A stretch of DNA of 20,000 nt from an uncultured virus (IMG/VR IMGVR_UViG_3300048442_000810) (IMGVR_UViG_3300048442_000810); one strand, 5' to 3'. Positions 8,379 through 16,336 are shown, numbered from the stretch's first letter. Numbers and translations are program-made. The notes: generated from the sequence alone by a model not told the origin.

Positions 8379-9128
8379 TTAACCCTGTAATGCACGAGCA
8401 ACTCCTTGACCAAGAACAATCTTGTCTTGTCTTACAACATTTGGATTACCATAACCACGAGCAATTGAATTGCCTGTTAGAGCACGACCTTGAGAAACAG
8501 TTTCAGATGGGAACAAGTAGACTTTTAAAGTCGCTTTTGCTGCAATACTGTTAACTGTTAATGTAGTAAAGCCATCCCACTTATAGGTATGCTTTAATAC
8601 AGTAATGTCTGTTTGGTTTTGGTAAGGGTCAATTGTAGGAACAAGAGTTTTTTGTTGTTGATTACCATTAGAGTCAACTACTTTTACTACGATAGTTTCT
8701 AGGACCTGTGTTGAGCCTCCATCACTTTGTAGGTAAGTTAATCCAACCACGAATGGTTTAGATGAACTTTGCCATAAAAATTCAAGATAAGTTACACCTG
8801 AAATAGCCATATTATATAGGATATTTGCCGTGTTACCTGCTTCACCTGCCGGAATACCTCCACCTGCTGCGATTGCGGTTACCTTAGTTATCGTGTTATA
8901 TGCTCCACCAATTTCAACAGATGCTACATCTGCTGCCGTAGAGTTATATAATGAGATAATGTAAGGTTGTGATGAACTAGCATCAGCCGAACCCATTGCG
9001 TTTAAGTATTCTTCTTCAGAACCACCAAAGTCAAAAGCATCATCCCAATCATTTACACCATTAGCTGACATAAATTCGTTTGAAATGTTTTCTTCTGCAT
9101 CAGAGAAATAACGGTTTAAATTTTCCAT
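8379..9128 (-). CDS. Candidate major capsid protein (jelly-roll-like beta sandwich with an acidic N-terminal extension)
   Basis: Soluble, with many short beta-type segments (PYIISLYN, FVVGLTYLQS, IVVKVVD, TTLTVN, LKVYLFP). Heads the structural block, has a long leader and its own terminator. The fold is inferred. Confidence 0.6.
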   Translation of the reverse strand: MENLNRYFSDAEENISNEFMSANGVNDWDDAFDFGGSEEEYLNAMGSADASSSQPYIISLYNSTAADVASVEIGGAYNTITKVTAIAAGGGIPAGEAGNTANILYNMAISGVTYLEFLWQSSSKPFVVGLTYLQSDGGSTQVLETIVVKVVDSNGNQQQKTLVPTIDPYQNQTDITVLKHTYKWDGFTTLTVNSIAAKATLKVYLFPSETVSQGRALTGNSIARGYGNPNVVRQDKIVLGQGVARALQG

Positions 9129-9160
9129 TTTTTCTTTAATTTTATTTGGTTAAACAATTA

Positions 9161-9330
9161 TAATTCATAAACTTTTTATGAACTAAACAACATAAACTCC
9201 CCTTAACGGGTCACTCTTTTTACAAAACTTAATAATTATCTTGTTATCAATTATCAACCTTTAGGAGCCGTGGGCTCAACTAAAAGGACCATATCAAACT
9301 GACTGCCCTTGGGACTTACCATCAATAATT
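9161..9330 (-). ncRNA. Candidate structured RNA leader of the capsid gene
   Basis: Outer helix AAUUAUUGAU/GUUGAUAAUU encloses the hairpin CCUUUUAG-UU-GAGCC-CAC-GGCUC-CUAAAGG. A second hairpin is UAGUUCAUAAA/UUUAUGAAUUA. G-U pairs favour the minus strand. Confidence 0.45.
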
Positions 9331-9331
9331 A

Positions 9332-9460
9332 CTATGCTTCACCATCTTTGTCTAGGAAATTCTTTTCAACCACATTTGCTCCAATGATACCTATCATTAC
9401 ACCAACTGCGACTCCAAGAATACCCATCAACATAGACTTTTTTCCTTTTCCTTCAATCAT
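9332..9460 (-). CDS. 42-aa single-TM microprotein (not in ORF track)
   Basis: MIEGKGKKSMLMGILGVAVGVMIGIIGANVVEKNFLDKDGEA. GxxxG zipper, ends TAG TAA. Confidence 0.8.
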   Translation of the reverse strand: MIEGKGKKSMLMGILGVAVGVMIGIIGANVVEKNFLDKDGEA

Positions 9461-9514
9461 CTTACTAAAGATTTTAAATTAAACTTAGGCACAAGCCATT
9501 GTTAAATACAAAAA

Positions 9515-9522
9515 CAAATTTA
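9515..9522 (-). promoter_or_regulatory. Bacteroidota-type -7 promoter element for the structural operon
   Basis: TAAATTTG matches TAnnTTTG, is intergenic and lies 54 nt upstream of ATG 9460. No clear -33 element. Confidence 0.5.
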
Positions 9523-9646
9523 TAAACATATATAGGTTTATTAGCTTGTTGTTATGTAAATAAGTGTAACCGGTTTGGTTGAAGTTATTTTAGAAAATAC
9601 TATTTAACCCTGAAAATTTGATAAAAAAGTTGAAATTAAGTTGAAA

Positions 9647-9883
9647 TTAAAATGATTTTTTAACTTCATTGACTATTACACCATTCATAATAGAAAATAT
9701 TCCTACTATTAATGCTAACTTAACTAACTCTTTAGAATCCGGTAATTTGAAGTTATTTGGATTTGTCACTTCGCCTTCTAATTCTTTTGTATGATTTTTA
9801 CCCATATTAAAATGGATAATTGCTTCAGTCATAAATAGAACAAAAGTTGTGCCTCCAACAATAAGACCTAGATTCTTTTTCAT
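9647..9883 (-). CDS. Small two-TM membrane protein
   Basis: 78 aa with hydrophobic segments at both ends. A holin role is possible but has no further support. Confidence 0.7.
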   Translation of the reverse strand: MKKNLGLIVGGTTFVLFMTEAIIHFNMGKNHTKELEGEVTNPNNFKLPDSKELVKLALIVGIFSIMNGVIVNEVKKSF

Positions 9884-9887
9884 TGGA

Positions 9888-9895
9888 CAAAGATA
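9888..9895 (-). promoter_or_regulatory. Bacteroidota-type -7 element, probably leaderless transcript
   Basis: TATCTTTG-TCCA-ATG: the box sits 4 nt before the start codon. Confidence 0.6.
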
Positions 9896-9917
9896 TATAA
9901 AAATATATTATAAAAAA

Positions 9918-11390
9918 TTAATTCAATATTTTTTCAATTTCCATTCCTGTTAAAACATACTTAATATCAGGATTTATAGCAATATGATATTCTTTATAAA
10001 GCCCCATAGCTATTGCCATAGAAACGGAAGGATTGCAATAAAACTTACTACATTTTTTTATCATCCAAGCCATATCATATAAGTCTTTGACTTTATCACC
10101 ATAAAAAATTAAATTATCTTTTACATCATATTCTTTTAAAAGGGCTTCATATTCATCTTTTAAACCAATAAAATAGTTTTTACCTTTTTGTTCTTTTATG
10201 CATTTTTCCCAATTAAAATCTACACCATCTCTGTACCTCTGTGTTATATGGAAAACATTAAATTTTCCTTTTGGAATTTCTACATTATTATTTAATTCAG
10301 GAGTATTAAATTTAAAATCATCCTTTAATAATAAATAAGGAAATGGGGTGTCTTGAGGATTTTCTTTCCAAACTCTAAAATATGAAAACACTACTTGTTC
10401 TTCAAAAAGTTTTGGCGAAAGCCTAAAATAATCTAAATCATAATCTAACTCTACTGAATTATCATATTTTACTTTAACACCTGTGTCGATTTCAGATGTT
10501 GAACCTTTTTTGTATGTTTTTTCTCCAAAACCATCTTTATATAAATTTACATTATTTATATAAGGTTGACATTTAAGCAGCCTGTATAAAGATTGATATT
10601 GCTTATTGGTGGCAGAAAATTTATGTTTATTTTTTAAATAAATATCTCCTCCTCCTTTTTTAATAATTAATGGCAATGAAAATATTACATCTCCTAAACT
10701 TCCGCTATGTAAAAAACTTTGAACTCTTTTTTTAGAAAAATTTTCTACCCCTACTTCTTCTATAAATTCTTCTGTGCTCTTTATATTCATCCACTCTTCT
10801 CTGTTTTTTGAGAAATTATCCCAATCAAGAGTTATTTTACCTTTGATAGCCGGTTTTTTCTTTTGGGCAAATGTAATCATACCAACCCCTGTATCTGTAT
10901 CAATTACTGACATTTCTACATCTGTTCTTTCATTTCTAACTCGAACAAATGCTTTCCAAACATCTCCATTCCAATAACTTGTTACTGCCGGTACTTTTTG
11001 ATGGTCCTCTTCTAAAGGCAAACAATCGTGCATTAAAATTGTACCCCCTTTATTTAAACAATCTATAGAATTATTTATATCTCTATATACTTGCTCATTT
11101 AGGTGTAATCCATCAATAAATATAATATCATATTTGTGATTGTGATTTTTAAAATATTCATCTGATGTCATTCTAAAATCTACATCTATTTCTGATGGTT
11201 TCCATTTTTTATCAGATGTACTTTTAGCAACAGAAAATTCCGCTAAAAATCCTTCATCTAAAGGGTCACATCCTTTTTTATCATCTATTATAATTTGATT
11301 GAAACATTCTTTATCCCTTACCCCTATTTCGAGATATGTTTTGTAATTGTTTTTTTTAATCAATGCGTTTATAATGTCAAATCTTTTCAT
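9918..11390 (-). CDS. Fusion of a class I SAM methyltransferase (Methyltransf_24-like) and a GT-B/GT9-like glycosyltransferase
   Basis: N-terminal half: YLEIGV, YDIIFIDGLH, GGTILMHD. C-terminal half: HSGSLGDVIFSLP and DLYDMAWMIKKCSKFYCNPS, resembling heptosyltransferase-family motifs. Confidence 0.75.
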   Translation of the reverse strand: MKRFDIINALIKKNNYKTYLEIGVRDKECFNQIIIDDKKGCDPLDEGFLAEFSVAKSTSDKKWKPSEIDVDFRMTSDEYFKNHNHKYDIIFIDGLHLNEQVYRDINNSIDCLNKGGTILMHDCLPLEEDHQKVPAVTSYWNGDVWKAFVRVRNERTDVEMSVIDTDTGVGMITFAQKKKPAIKGKITLDWDNFSKNREEWMNIKSTEEFIEEVGVENFSKKRVQSFLHSGSLGDVIFSLPLIIKKGGGDIYLKNKHKFSATNKQYQSLYRLLKCQPYINNVNLYKDGFGEKTYKKGSTSEIDTGVKVKYDNSVELDYDLDYFRLSPKLFEEQVVFSYFRVWKENPQDTPFPYLLLKDDFKFNTPELNNNVEIPKGKFNVFHITQRYRDGVDFNWEKCIKEQKGKNYFIGLKDEYEALLKEYDVKDNLIFYGDKVKDLYDMAWMIKKCSKFYCNPSVSMAIAMGLYKEYHIAINPDIKYVLTGMEIEKILN

Positions 11391-11410
11391 TTATTTATTT
11401 TTTAAAATAT

Positions 11411-12229
11411 TTATGTTAGGAAATATTGCTGCCTTATTCTAGCCCTTACTTGTCTAATAGCTTCATCTCTATCAATTTTAGAGCCATCACTTAAACTTTT
11501 TTTATTAATAGCAGGTTTTACTACGGAATTAAAATTTTTAGATAAGTATTCATCTATTCCATTATTTATAATTGCTTCAGACATTTTTCCTTTTAATTTT
11601 TCTTCATCTAAATCTACATACATAAAATATCTAGGATTATCATTAAAATACTGTGTGTTTACTATATTTTCAGCTATACTAAACATTTCGTATTTATCAG
11701 GAAATTTATTTCTATGTCTTTCAATACTATCTGAGTTTTTATGAAACCTCAACCAATTAGCATTTTGCCATACTTTAGTTGTTATTCTTCCAATACTCTG
11801 AAAATGCATAATAATATCTAAGTCTGTGTGTCTGTTGGAGCAAATAGCACCTACAATATCTGTTGGAAGATGGTCACCTACATACTTATTAATGTCCTCA
11901 ATCAATAACATACCCCCTCTAAAATAGTGTAGTATATCCCATAATTGATTTGCTATTTCTTTTAAAGTAAGTCTTATTCCTGTTTGCTCATTAAAAGGTC
12001 TTACCCTTCTTATTTCTGCGGTAGGCATAACAGAAAATCTTACTAAATCTTTCATAGATATAGCTTTATAATCTACAAACTCATCATTAACATCTAAAAT
12101 TAATACTCTACGAGGAAGAACCCCTTTTGATGGATTTCCATAAACATAGGATTCAATAAGTATTTTAGTTTGATAAGTTTTACCAATCCCTTTTTTTCCT
12201 ACTGCCATTCCTAGCTTTGGTTCTCTCAT
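11411..12229 (-). CDS. FtsK-HerA superfamily genome-packaging ATPase (A32/PRD1 P9-like)
   Basis: Walker A GKKGIGKT at the N-terminus, VLILD strand, Walker B MLLIED, Arg-finger NRH, then IIMHFQ. 272 aa with no TM or nuclease domain. Confidence 0.75.
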   Translation of the reverse strand: MREPKLGMAVGKKGIGKTYQTKILIESYVYGNPSKGVLPRRVLILDVNDEFVDYKAISMKDLVRFSVMPTAEIRRVRPFNEQTGIRLTLKEIANQLWDILHYFRGGMLLIEDINKYVGDHLPTDIVGAICSNRHTDLDIIMHFQSIGRITTKVWQNANWLRFHKNSDSIERHRNKFPDKYEMFSIAENIVNTQYFNDNPRYFMYVDLDEEKLKGKMSEAIINNGIDEYLSKNFNSVVKPAINKKSLSDGSKIDRDEAIRQVRARIRQQYFLT

Positions 12230-12230
12230 T

Positions 12231-12857
12231 CTATAATTTTTTAAATGTAGCAGTTAATATATTTGGTGTGTAATTTTTATCAATTCTAACTTTATCTTCT
12301 ATGTTAGTATAATTAATAATTTCAAAACCCATTCTTTTCATAAATTTTTCTAATGATTTTTCATCAAAGTGATACAAATGTTCATCAGGCTTTCTATGTT
12401 TCCAATTATTAAACCATTCATCATCTGATGCCCCCCAACACCAAGGAAGAGATATAACTGCGTATTTACACTTTAAATCTTTTACAAACTCAATATCATT
12501 AAAATGCTCTAAACTGTCAAAAAATGTAATCACATCCACCTCAACAGAGGTTATATCTTTTACAAATTTTATATTATCTTTTAAAGGATATGCAGGTTCT
12601 ACATCATTTCCATAAAGAACATCTATTGAGTTTTTACACGCATCTAAAAAATCTCCATTGCCATATCCAACATCCATTAACGATTTTGGAATATGACCTA
12701 TTGAGCCAATAATATATCCTAATCTTAGGTTAAGTATATTTCCCCTGTCATTAAATACTGAATACCTGCTATCTGAATATTCTTTAGAATATATATACGG
12801 TTTGCAATTTATTTGCTTAACTACTCCATCTATATTTTTTTTATAGTTAGCTAACAT
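12231..12857 (-). CDS. Class I SAM-dependent methyltransferase (Methyltransf_23-like)
   Basis: LMDVGYGNGDFL, DVITFFDSLEH, EHLYHF. No DNA-MTase DPPY or PCQ motif. Confidence 0.85.
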   Translation of the reverse strand: MLANYKKNIDGVVKQINCKPYIYSKEYSDSRYSVFNDRGNILNLRLGYIIGSIGHIPKSLMDVGYGNGDFLDACKNSIDVLYGNDVEPAYPLKDNIKFVKDITSVEVDVITFFDSLEHFNDIEFVKDLKCKYAVISLPWCWGASDDEWFNNWKHRKPDEHLYHFDEKSLEKFMKRMGFEIINYTNIEDKVRIDKNYTPNILTATFKKL

Positions 12858-13289
12858 TTATTTTTTTTTATAGTCATTCACTTTTTTTTCACTTTCACCT
12901 GCTTCAAATCGTTTCATAAAATCTTCTTTGTAATAAATATATGTGTCTACATAAACATTTTTTTGAGATACGATTTCTATTTTAATATTATGAGCATCTA
13001 TTTTTGCCTGTGCTACATCTAATAGCATTTTATTATCCTCAATAGGATGTGCAATATATTCTTTAAGACATTTTTCTTTATCTTCTAAAAGTTCAACATA
13101 TTTTTTTCGCAATTCTAACTGCCCCTCTAATCTTTCTTTTTGACCCTTCATAGAAGTATCTCTCTTCTTATCTCTTTCGCCTATATATTTTGTTATATCT
13201 CCGGGCATTTTCCACTTAAAGTCTTTATAATGAGTTTTTTTTGGCTCTTTCCTTAAATACTCTTTTCCGTTGTTTGCAAAGTGATTCAT
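12858..13289 (-). CDS. Hypothetical helical/coiled-coil protein
   Basis: 143-aa charged ORF abutting the next gene (TAAATG). Confidence 0.7.
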   Translation of the reverse strand: MNHFANNGKEYLRKEPKKTHYKDFKWKMPGDITKYIGERDKKRDTSMKGQKERLEGQLELRKKYVELLEDKEKCLKEYIAHPIEDNKMLLDVAQAKIDAHNIKIEIVSQKNVYVDTYIYYKEDFMKRFEAGESEKKVNDYKKK

Positions 13290-13309
13290 ATTTTAATTGT
13301 GTTTATTTT

Positions 13310-14017
13310 TTAATTATAATCTTTTCCAAATTCTCCCCATTTTGAATTCTTATGTTTACATATTATACCTGTATGAGCAAAATATTTTTGACCATTACGA
13401 TATAAATCGTTTATGTAAACCACATCAGGAAACCATCTTTGCCCTTCTATATATCTGAAATCATACTTTTCAAATACCGGTCTTGCAATCAAAATGCACC
13501 CTAAACCTGCTGACAATGTTTGAACAGGCTTTCCATCTATCATAAAGTTGTTACTTGCCCCTGAAATAGAACATCTATGGTCATCTAAGTCTGATGATAT
13601 TCTATTCAACATAGGTTGCCTATTCTCGTTATCGTTTAACTGATACAAGGCACCTATTACGGGCTTTCTTTCAAACATTAAGTCCTGAATTACATCAGGT
13701 GGAGGAAACACATCTGTTTCGAGATGAAGTATGTAGTCGTAATTCTTTCTTAAAGCATACTGCCTACACAACTCGTGACTAATCGCTAGTCTTTTTAAAA
13801 CAGAATCTTTGTTATCTTCTTCAGTTACATTAATACAATCAAAACCTTTGGTTTTAATATATTCACTAAAGTCCTTTGTCAAAGAATTGTCCGCAAGAAA
13901 AACATCATATTCAGGATAGGTAAAGTTTTTTACATTTTCTGCCCACTCATCAAAGCAATAATCTTTTATATCTGATTGTGGTCCGCAGACTAAAACCTTT
14001 TTCCTTCTGTATTTCAT
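13310..14017 (-). CDS. GT-A fold (GT2-like) glycosyltransferase (start corrected to MKYRRK)
   Basis: VFLADNS, YILHLETDV (DxD-like), AGLGCILIARPVF, PDVVY, CKH. ATG 14017 lies just after the upstream stop. Confidence 0.8.
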   Translation of the reverse strand: MKYRRKKVLVCGPQSDIKDYCFDEWAENVKNFTYPEYDVFLADNSLTKDFSEYIKTKGFDCINVTEEDNKDSVLKRLAISHELCRQYALRKNYDYILHLETDVFPPPDVIQDLMFERKPVIGALYQLNDNENRQPMLNRISSDLDDHRCSISGASNNFMIDGKPVQTLSAGLGCILIARPVFEKYDFRYIEGQRWFPDVVYINDLYRNGQKYFAHTGIICKHKNSKWGEFGKDYN

Positions 14018-14021
14018 TTTT

Positions 14022-14231
14022 CTATTTCTTTTTCGTAAATCTTCCTCTAGGTCCTCTGTCAACATTTTTGTTGTACTGAGGATGCAGGTTCTTTTGAGCC
14101 CTCTTGATACTTTCTACTCTTTTGTCTTTGGGTTTAGAAGAATCATTTTCACAACTTCCTTTTCTGTTACACAAAGAATAAATAGAAAAACCAAAAAGAA
14201 TAAGAACTACTAAAAAAATAATTATTTTCAT
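14022..14231 (-). CDS. Small N-terminally anchored basic protein
   Basis: N-terminal TM and C-terminal RGPRGRFTKKK. Confidence 0.7.
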   Translation of the reverse strand: MKIIIFLVVLILFGFSIYSLCNRKGSCENDSSKPKDKRVESIKRAQKNLHPQYNKNVDRGPRGRFTKKK

Positions 14232-14262
14232 AATTTCATTTTTGGGTTAATACTAAGTTTAA

Positions 14263-15432
14263 TTATTTTTCTTCAGCTTCCATAGCATCTGACATATCGA
14301 AACCTTTATTTAAATCTACATCTTCAACTGTAGCTTCTATAATTGTTGTTTTACTTTCTTCTTCTGTTGGCTCTAACCTCATTTTTTTTCTAGGTCTGCC
14401 TCTTCTTCTTTTTGGAACTACGGTTATTTCATCTTCCATATCATCGTGAAAAGTTCCTTCATCTTCATTCGGAGAATTCATTTCCTGTTCTACAGTTTGT
14501 TTTATAGGGTTTGCAATTTCTTCTTGTTTCGGAAGCCCTCCAAACACCTCTTCTTCTCTTAAAGCAGATGGTGCTTCAGGCTCCGGAGTTGGTGGTGGCG
14601 GAGGTGGTGATTGAGGCTTAGGAGGATTTGGTGGAGGTGACTGAGGAGGAGGACTTTGTGGTCTTGGTCCTGTTGCTCCTTGAGAACTAGAGTTAAACTC
14701 AGGATTTACTTGAGCATTATACATTTCTGTCATCATTTTCAACGATTGTGTAAGTGATTTTTTGAATGTATAAAGTTGTGCTCCTTTTTGAACTATATCT
14801 TTTCCAAATGCTACCATTAAGAATTGCTCATCACTCAAACCATATCCTCTTGAAGAGAATACTCTAATCATTACGGGTCTTACACTTTCTACAAACTCAT
14901 CATCAACTACTAATACTTCAGTTACCTGTCTATTATATTCTCCAATAAACTCTTGAACTGAAATTGTTTGAGTCTGAGAAATAGGGATTCGCATATCAGG
15001 ATTTATCTCTCCCTTGATAGCTTTTTTAACAATTTCTTCTTCACTTAATGAAAAGTATTTTTGTCCAAATGTATGTGCAACTTTATATCCTTCTAAAAAA
15101 GTGTCTACCATCAAACTAGCACTTTCATCGGCATCTTTTTTACTATAATCTTGCAGGTCGTTATTTACAAAAGGGTCATCGCTTCCAAATCCTGATTTAG
15201 GTTTTGAGGGCTTTTCCTTTTTTGAAGCAGGTTTATCATCTTCATAATCATCCTCTTGTAATTCATCTAAATTCGGTTGCTGATACATTGGCTCCGGAAT
15301 GCTTGTTATTGAAGCAGGGTCATAAGATACCTTGGGTTTTGTATATTCCCTTTGAACTACCGGCTCATCAAATGGGTTGAAGTTTTCAGGAGTAGATAAT
15401 TCCGAATAATCCGGTGTAGTGTTTTCAGACAT
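14263..15432 (-). CDS. Acidic, partly disordered protein with a Pro-rich linker and an AT-hook-like motif (start corrected to MSENTT)
   Basis: Helical core, PQSPPP repeats, KRRRGRPRKK. ATG 15432 follows the upstream stop. Confidence 0.75.
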   Translation of the reverse strand: MSENTTPDYSELSTPENFNPFDEPVVQREYTKPKVSYDPASITSIPEPMYQQPNLDELQEDDYEDDKPASKKEKPSKPKSGFGSDDPFVNNDLQDYSKKDADESASLMVDTFLEGYKVAHTFGQKYFSLSEEEIVKKAIKGEINPDMRIPISQTQTISVQEFIGEYNRQVTEVLVVDDEFVESVRPVMIRVFSSRGYGLSDEQFLMVAFGKDIVQKGAQLYTFKKSLTQSLKMMTEMYNAQVNPEFNSSSQGATGPRPQSPPPQSPPPNPPKPQSPPPPPPTPEPEAPSALREEEVFGGLPKQEEIANPIKQTVEQEMNSPNEDEGTFHDDMEDEITVVPKRRRGRPRKKMRLEPTEEESKTTIIEATVEDVDLNKGFDMSDAMEAEEK

Positions 15433-15433
15433 A

Positions 15434-15871
15434 TTATTTATTATTTTCAACGAATATCTTAATATCGTTGTTTATTTTAATTAATTTATTATTTTGTTTT
15501 TTTTCTTCAGGAAATTTCGGATTCAAATTTTCCATATAACGCATATCTCTGCTTACAGTCGCTTTATTTAATTTAAGATTTTGAGATATTTGAGATTGTG
15601 ACCAATGTAGATGTTCTCTGATTAGTAATACTAACATTGCTCGTGCTTTTGTTCTAACACCAAACTTCCTGCTTTTGCCTAGAAACAGTTCACTCTCTGA
15701 TATGTTGAAATTTTTGCAAGTTGTTTTGATAATATAAGCTAAAAGATAATCTTGATTTTCATATCCTTCTTTTAGTCCTTTATCTATAATTTTTTTTGCC
15801 TTTTCGATTCCTTTCTCATCAACGAGTTTCATTAATTTTTTAATGAGTTCAAAAGAATTGGTGTGTTTCAC
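15434..15871 (-). CDS. HTH protein with a DnaA C-terminal (domain IV)-like fold
   Basis: IIKTTCKNFNISESELFLGKSRK...ARAMLVLLIREHLHWSQSQISQNLKLNKATV. No AAA+ domain. GTG start. Confidence 0.7.
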   Translation of the reverse strand: MKHTNSFELIKKLMKLVDEKGIEKAKKIIDKGLKEGYENQDYLLAYIIKTTCKNFNISESELFLGKSRKFGVRTKARAMLVLLIREHLHWSQSQISQNLKLNKATVSRDMRYMENLNPKFPEEKKQNNKLIKINNDIKIFVENNK

Positions 15872-15912
15872 GAATGAATAATTTTATTTTAATAAATAAT
15901 TACTAATTGCAA

Positions 15913-15920
15913 CAAAAGTA
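15913..15920 (-). promoter_or_regulatory. Bacteroidota-type -7 element
   Basis: Intergenic TACTTTTG upstream of the HTH gene. Confidence 0.5.
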
Positions 15921-15936
15921 AAAAAAAAAATTGCAA

Positions 15937-16332
15937 TTACAACCTATTTACTTGAATAATTATTTTTGGCTCTCCTTTTTGAAAGAAATAATGAATCTGT
16001 TGTATATGATGAACACTATCATCTTCTATTTTTCCCATTCTTTTAAGCAAATCACATAATACCTTTTGCCAAAAAAATGCTTTATTATCTAAATCGAAAT
16101 GATTGTTTTTGTCTGTTTGATAACCTATTGATATACTTAGATTGCTTCCAAGAACCGGACAGTCTTGCAAGTGAGGAAGTAAAAATTGTTTAGCTTCATC
16201 GACCACTTGTTTTCTAACTTGGTAATGAACACTACTATAAAATAAATTTGCGGTTAAGTAGTAGGTAGATTTCTTTTTCTTTCCTAATTCTACTTTTTCT
16301 ATTGGGGTGGGAATGACTTTTCTATACAACAT
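15937..16332 (-). CDS. rusA: RusA-like Holliday junction resolvase
   Basis: FDLDN...KVLCDLL...GKIEDDS. ATG 16332 is preferred over TTG 16338. Confidence 0.75.
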   Translation of the reverse strand: MLYRKVIPTPIEKVELGKKKKSTYYLTANLFYSSVHYQVRKQVVDEAKQFLLPHLQDCPVLGSNLSISIGYQTDKNNHFDLDNKAFFWQKVLCDLLKRMGKIEDDSVHHIQQIHYFFQKGEPKIIIQVNRL

Positions 16333-16336
16333 AAAC

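Noticed and set aside
9236..9259. Three TTATC repeats as DnaA boxes or an origin
   Set aside because: Poor match to TTWTNCACA, and partly explained by the RNA helix.
9300..9320. GUCCCAAG resembling a twister ribozyme loop
   Set aside because: I could not build the remaining twister stems and pseudoknots, and found no hammerhead core.
9918..12857. The methyltransferases as DNA methylases explaining the k-mer bias
   Set aside because: They lack DNA-MTase catalytic motifs and resemble glycan or small-molecule methyltransferases.
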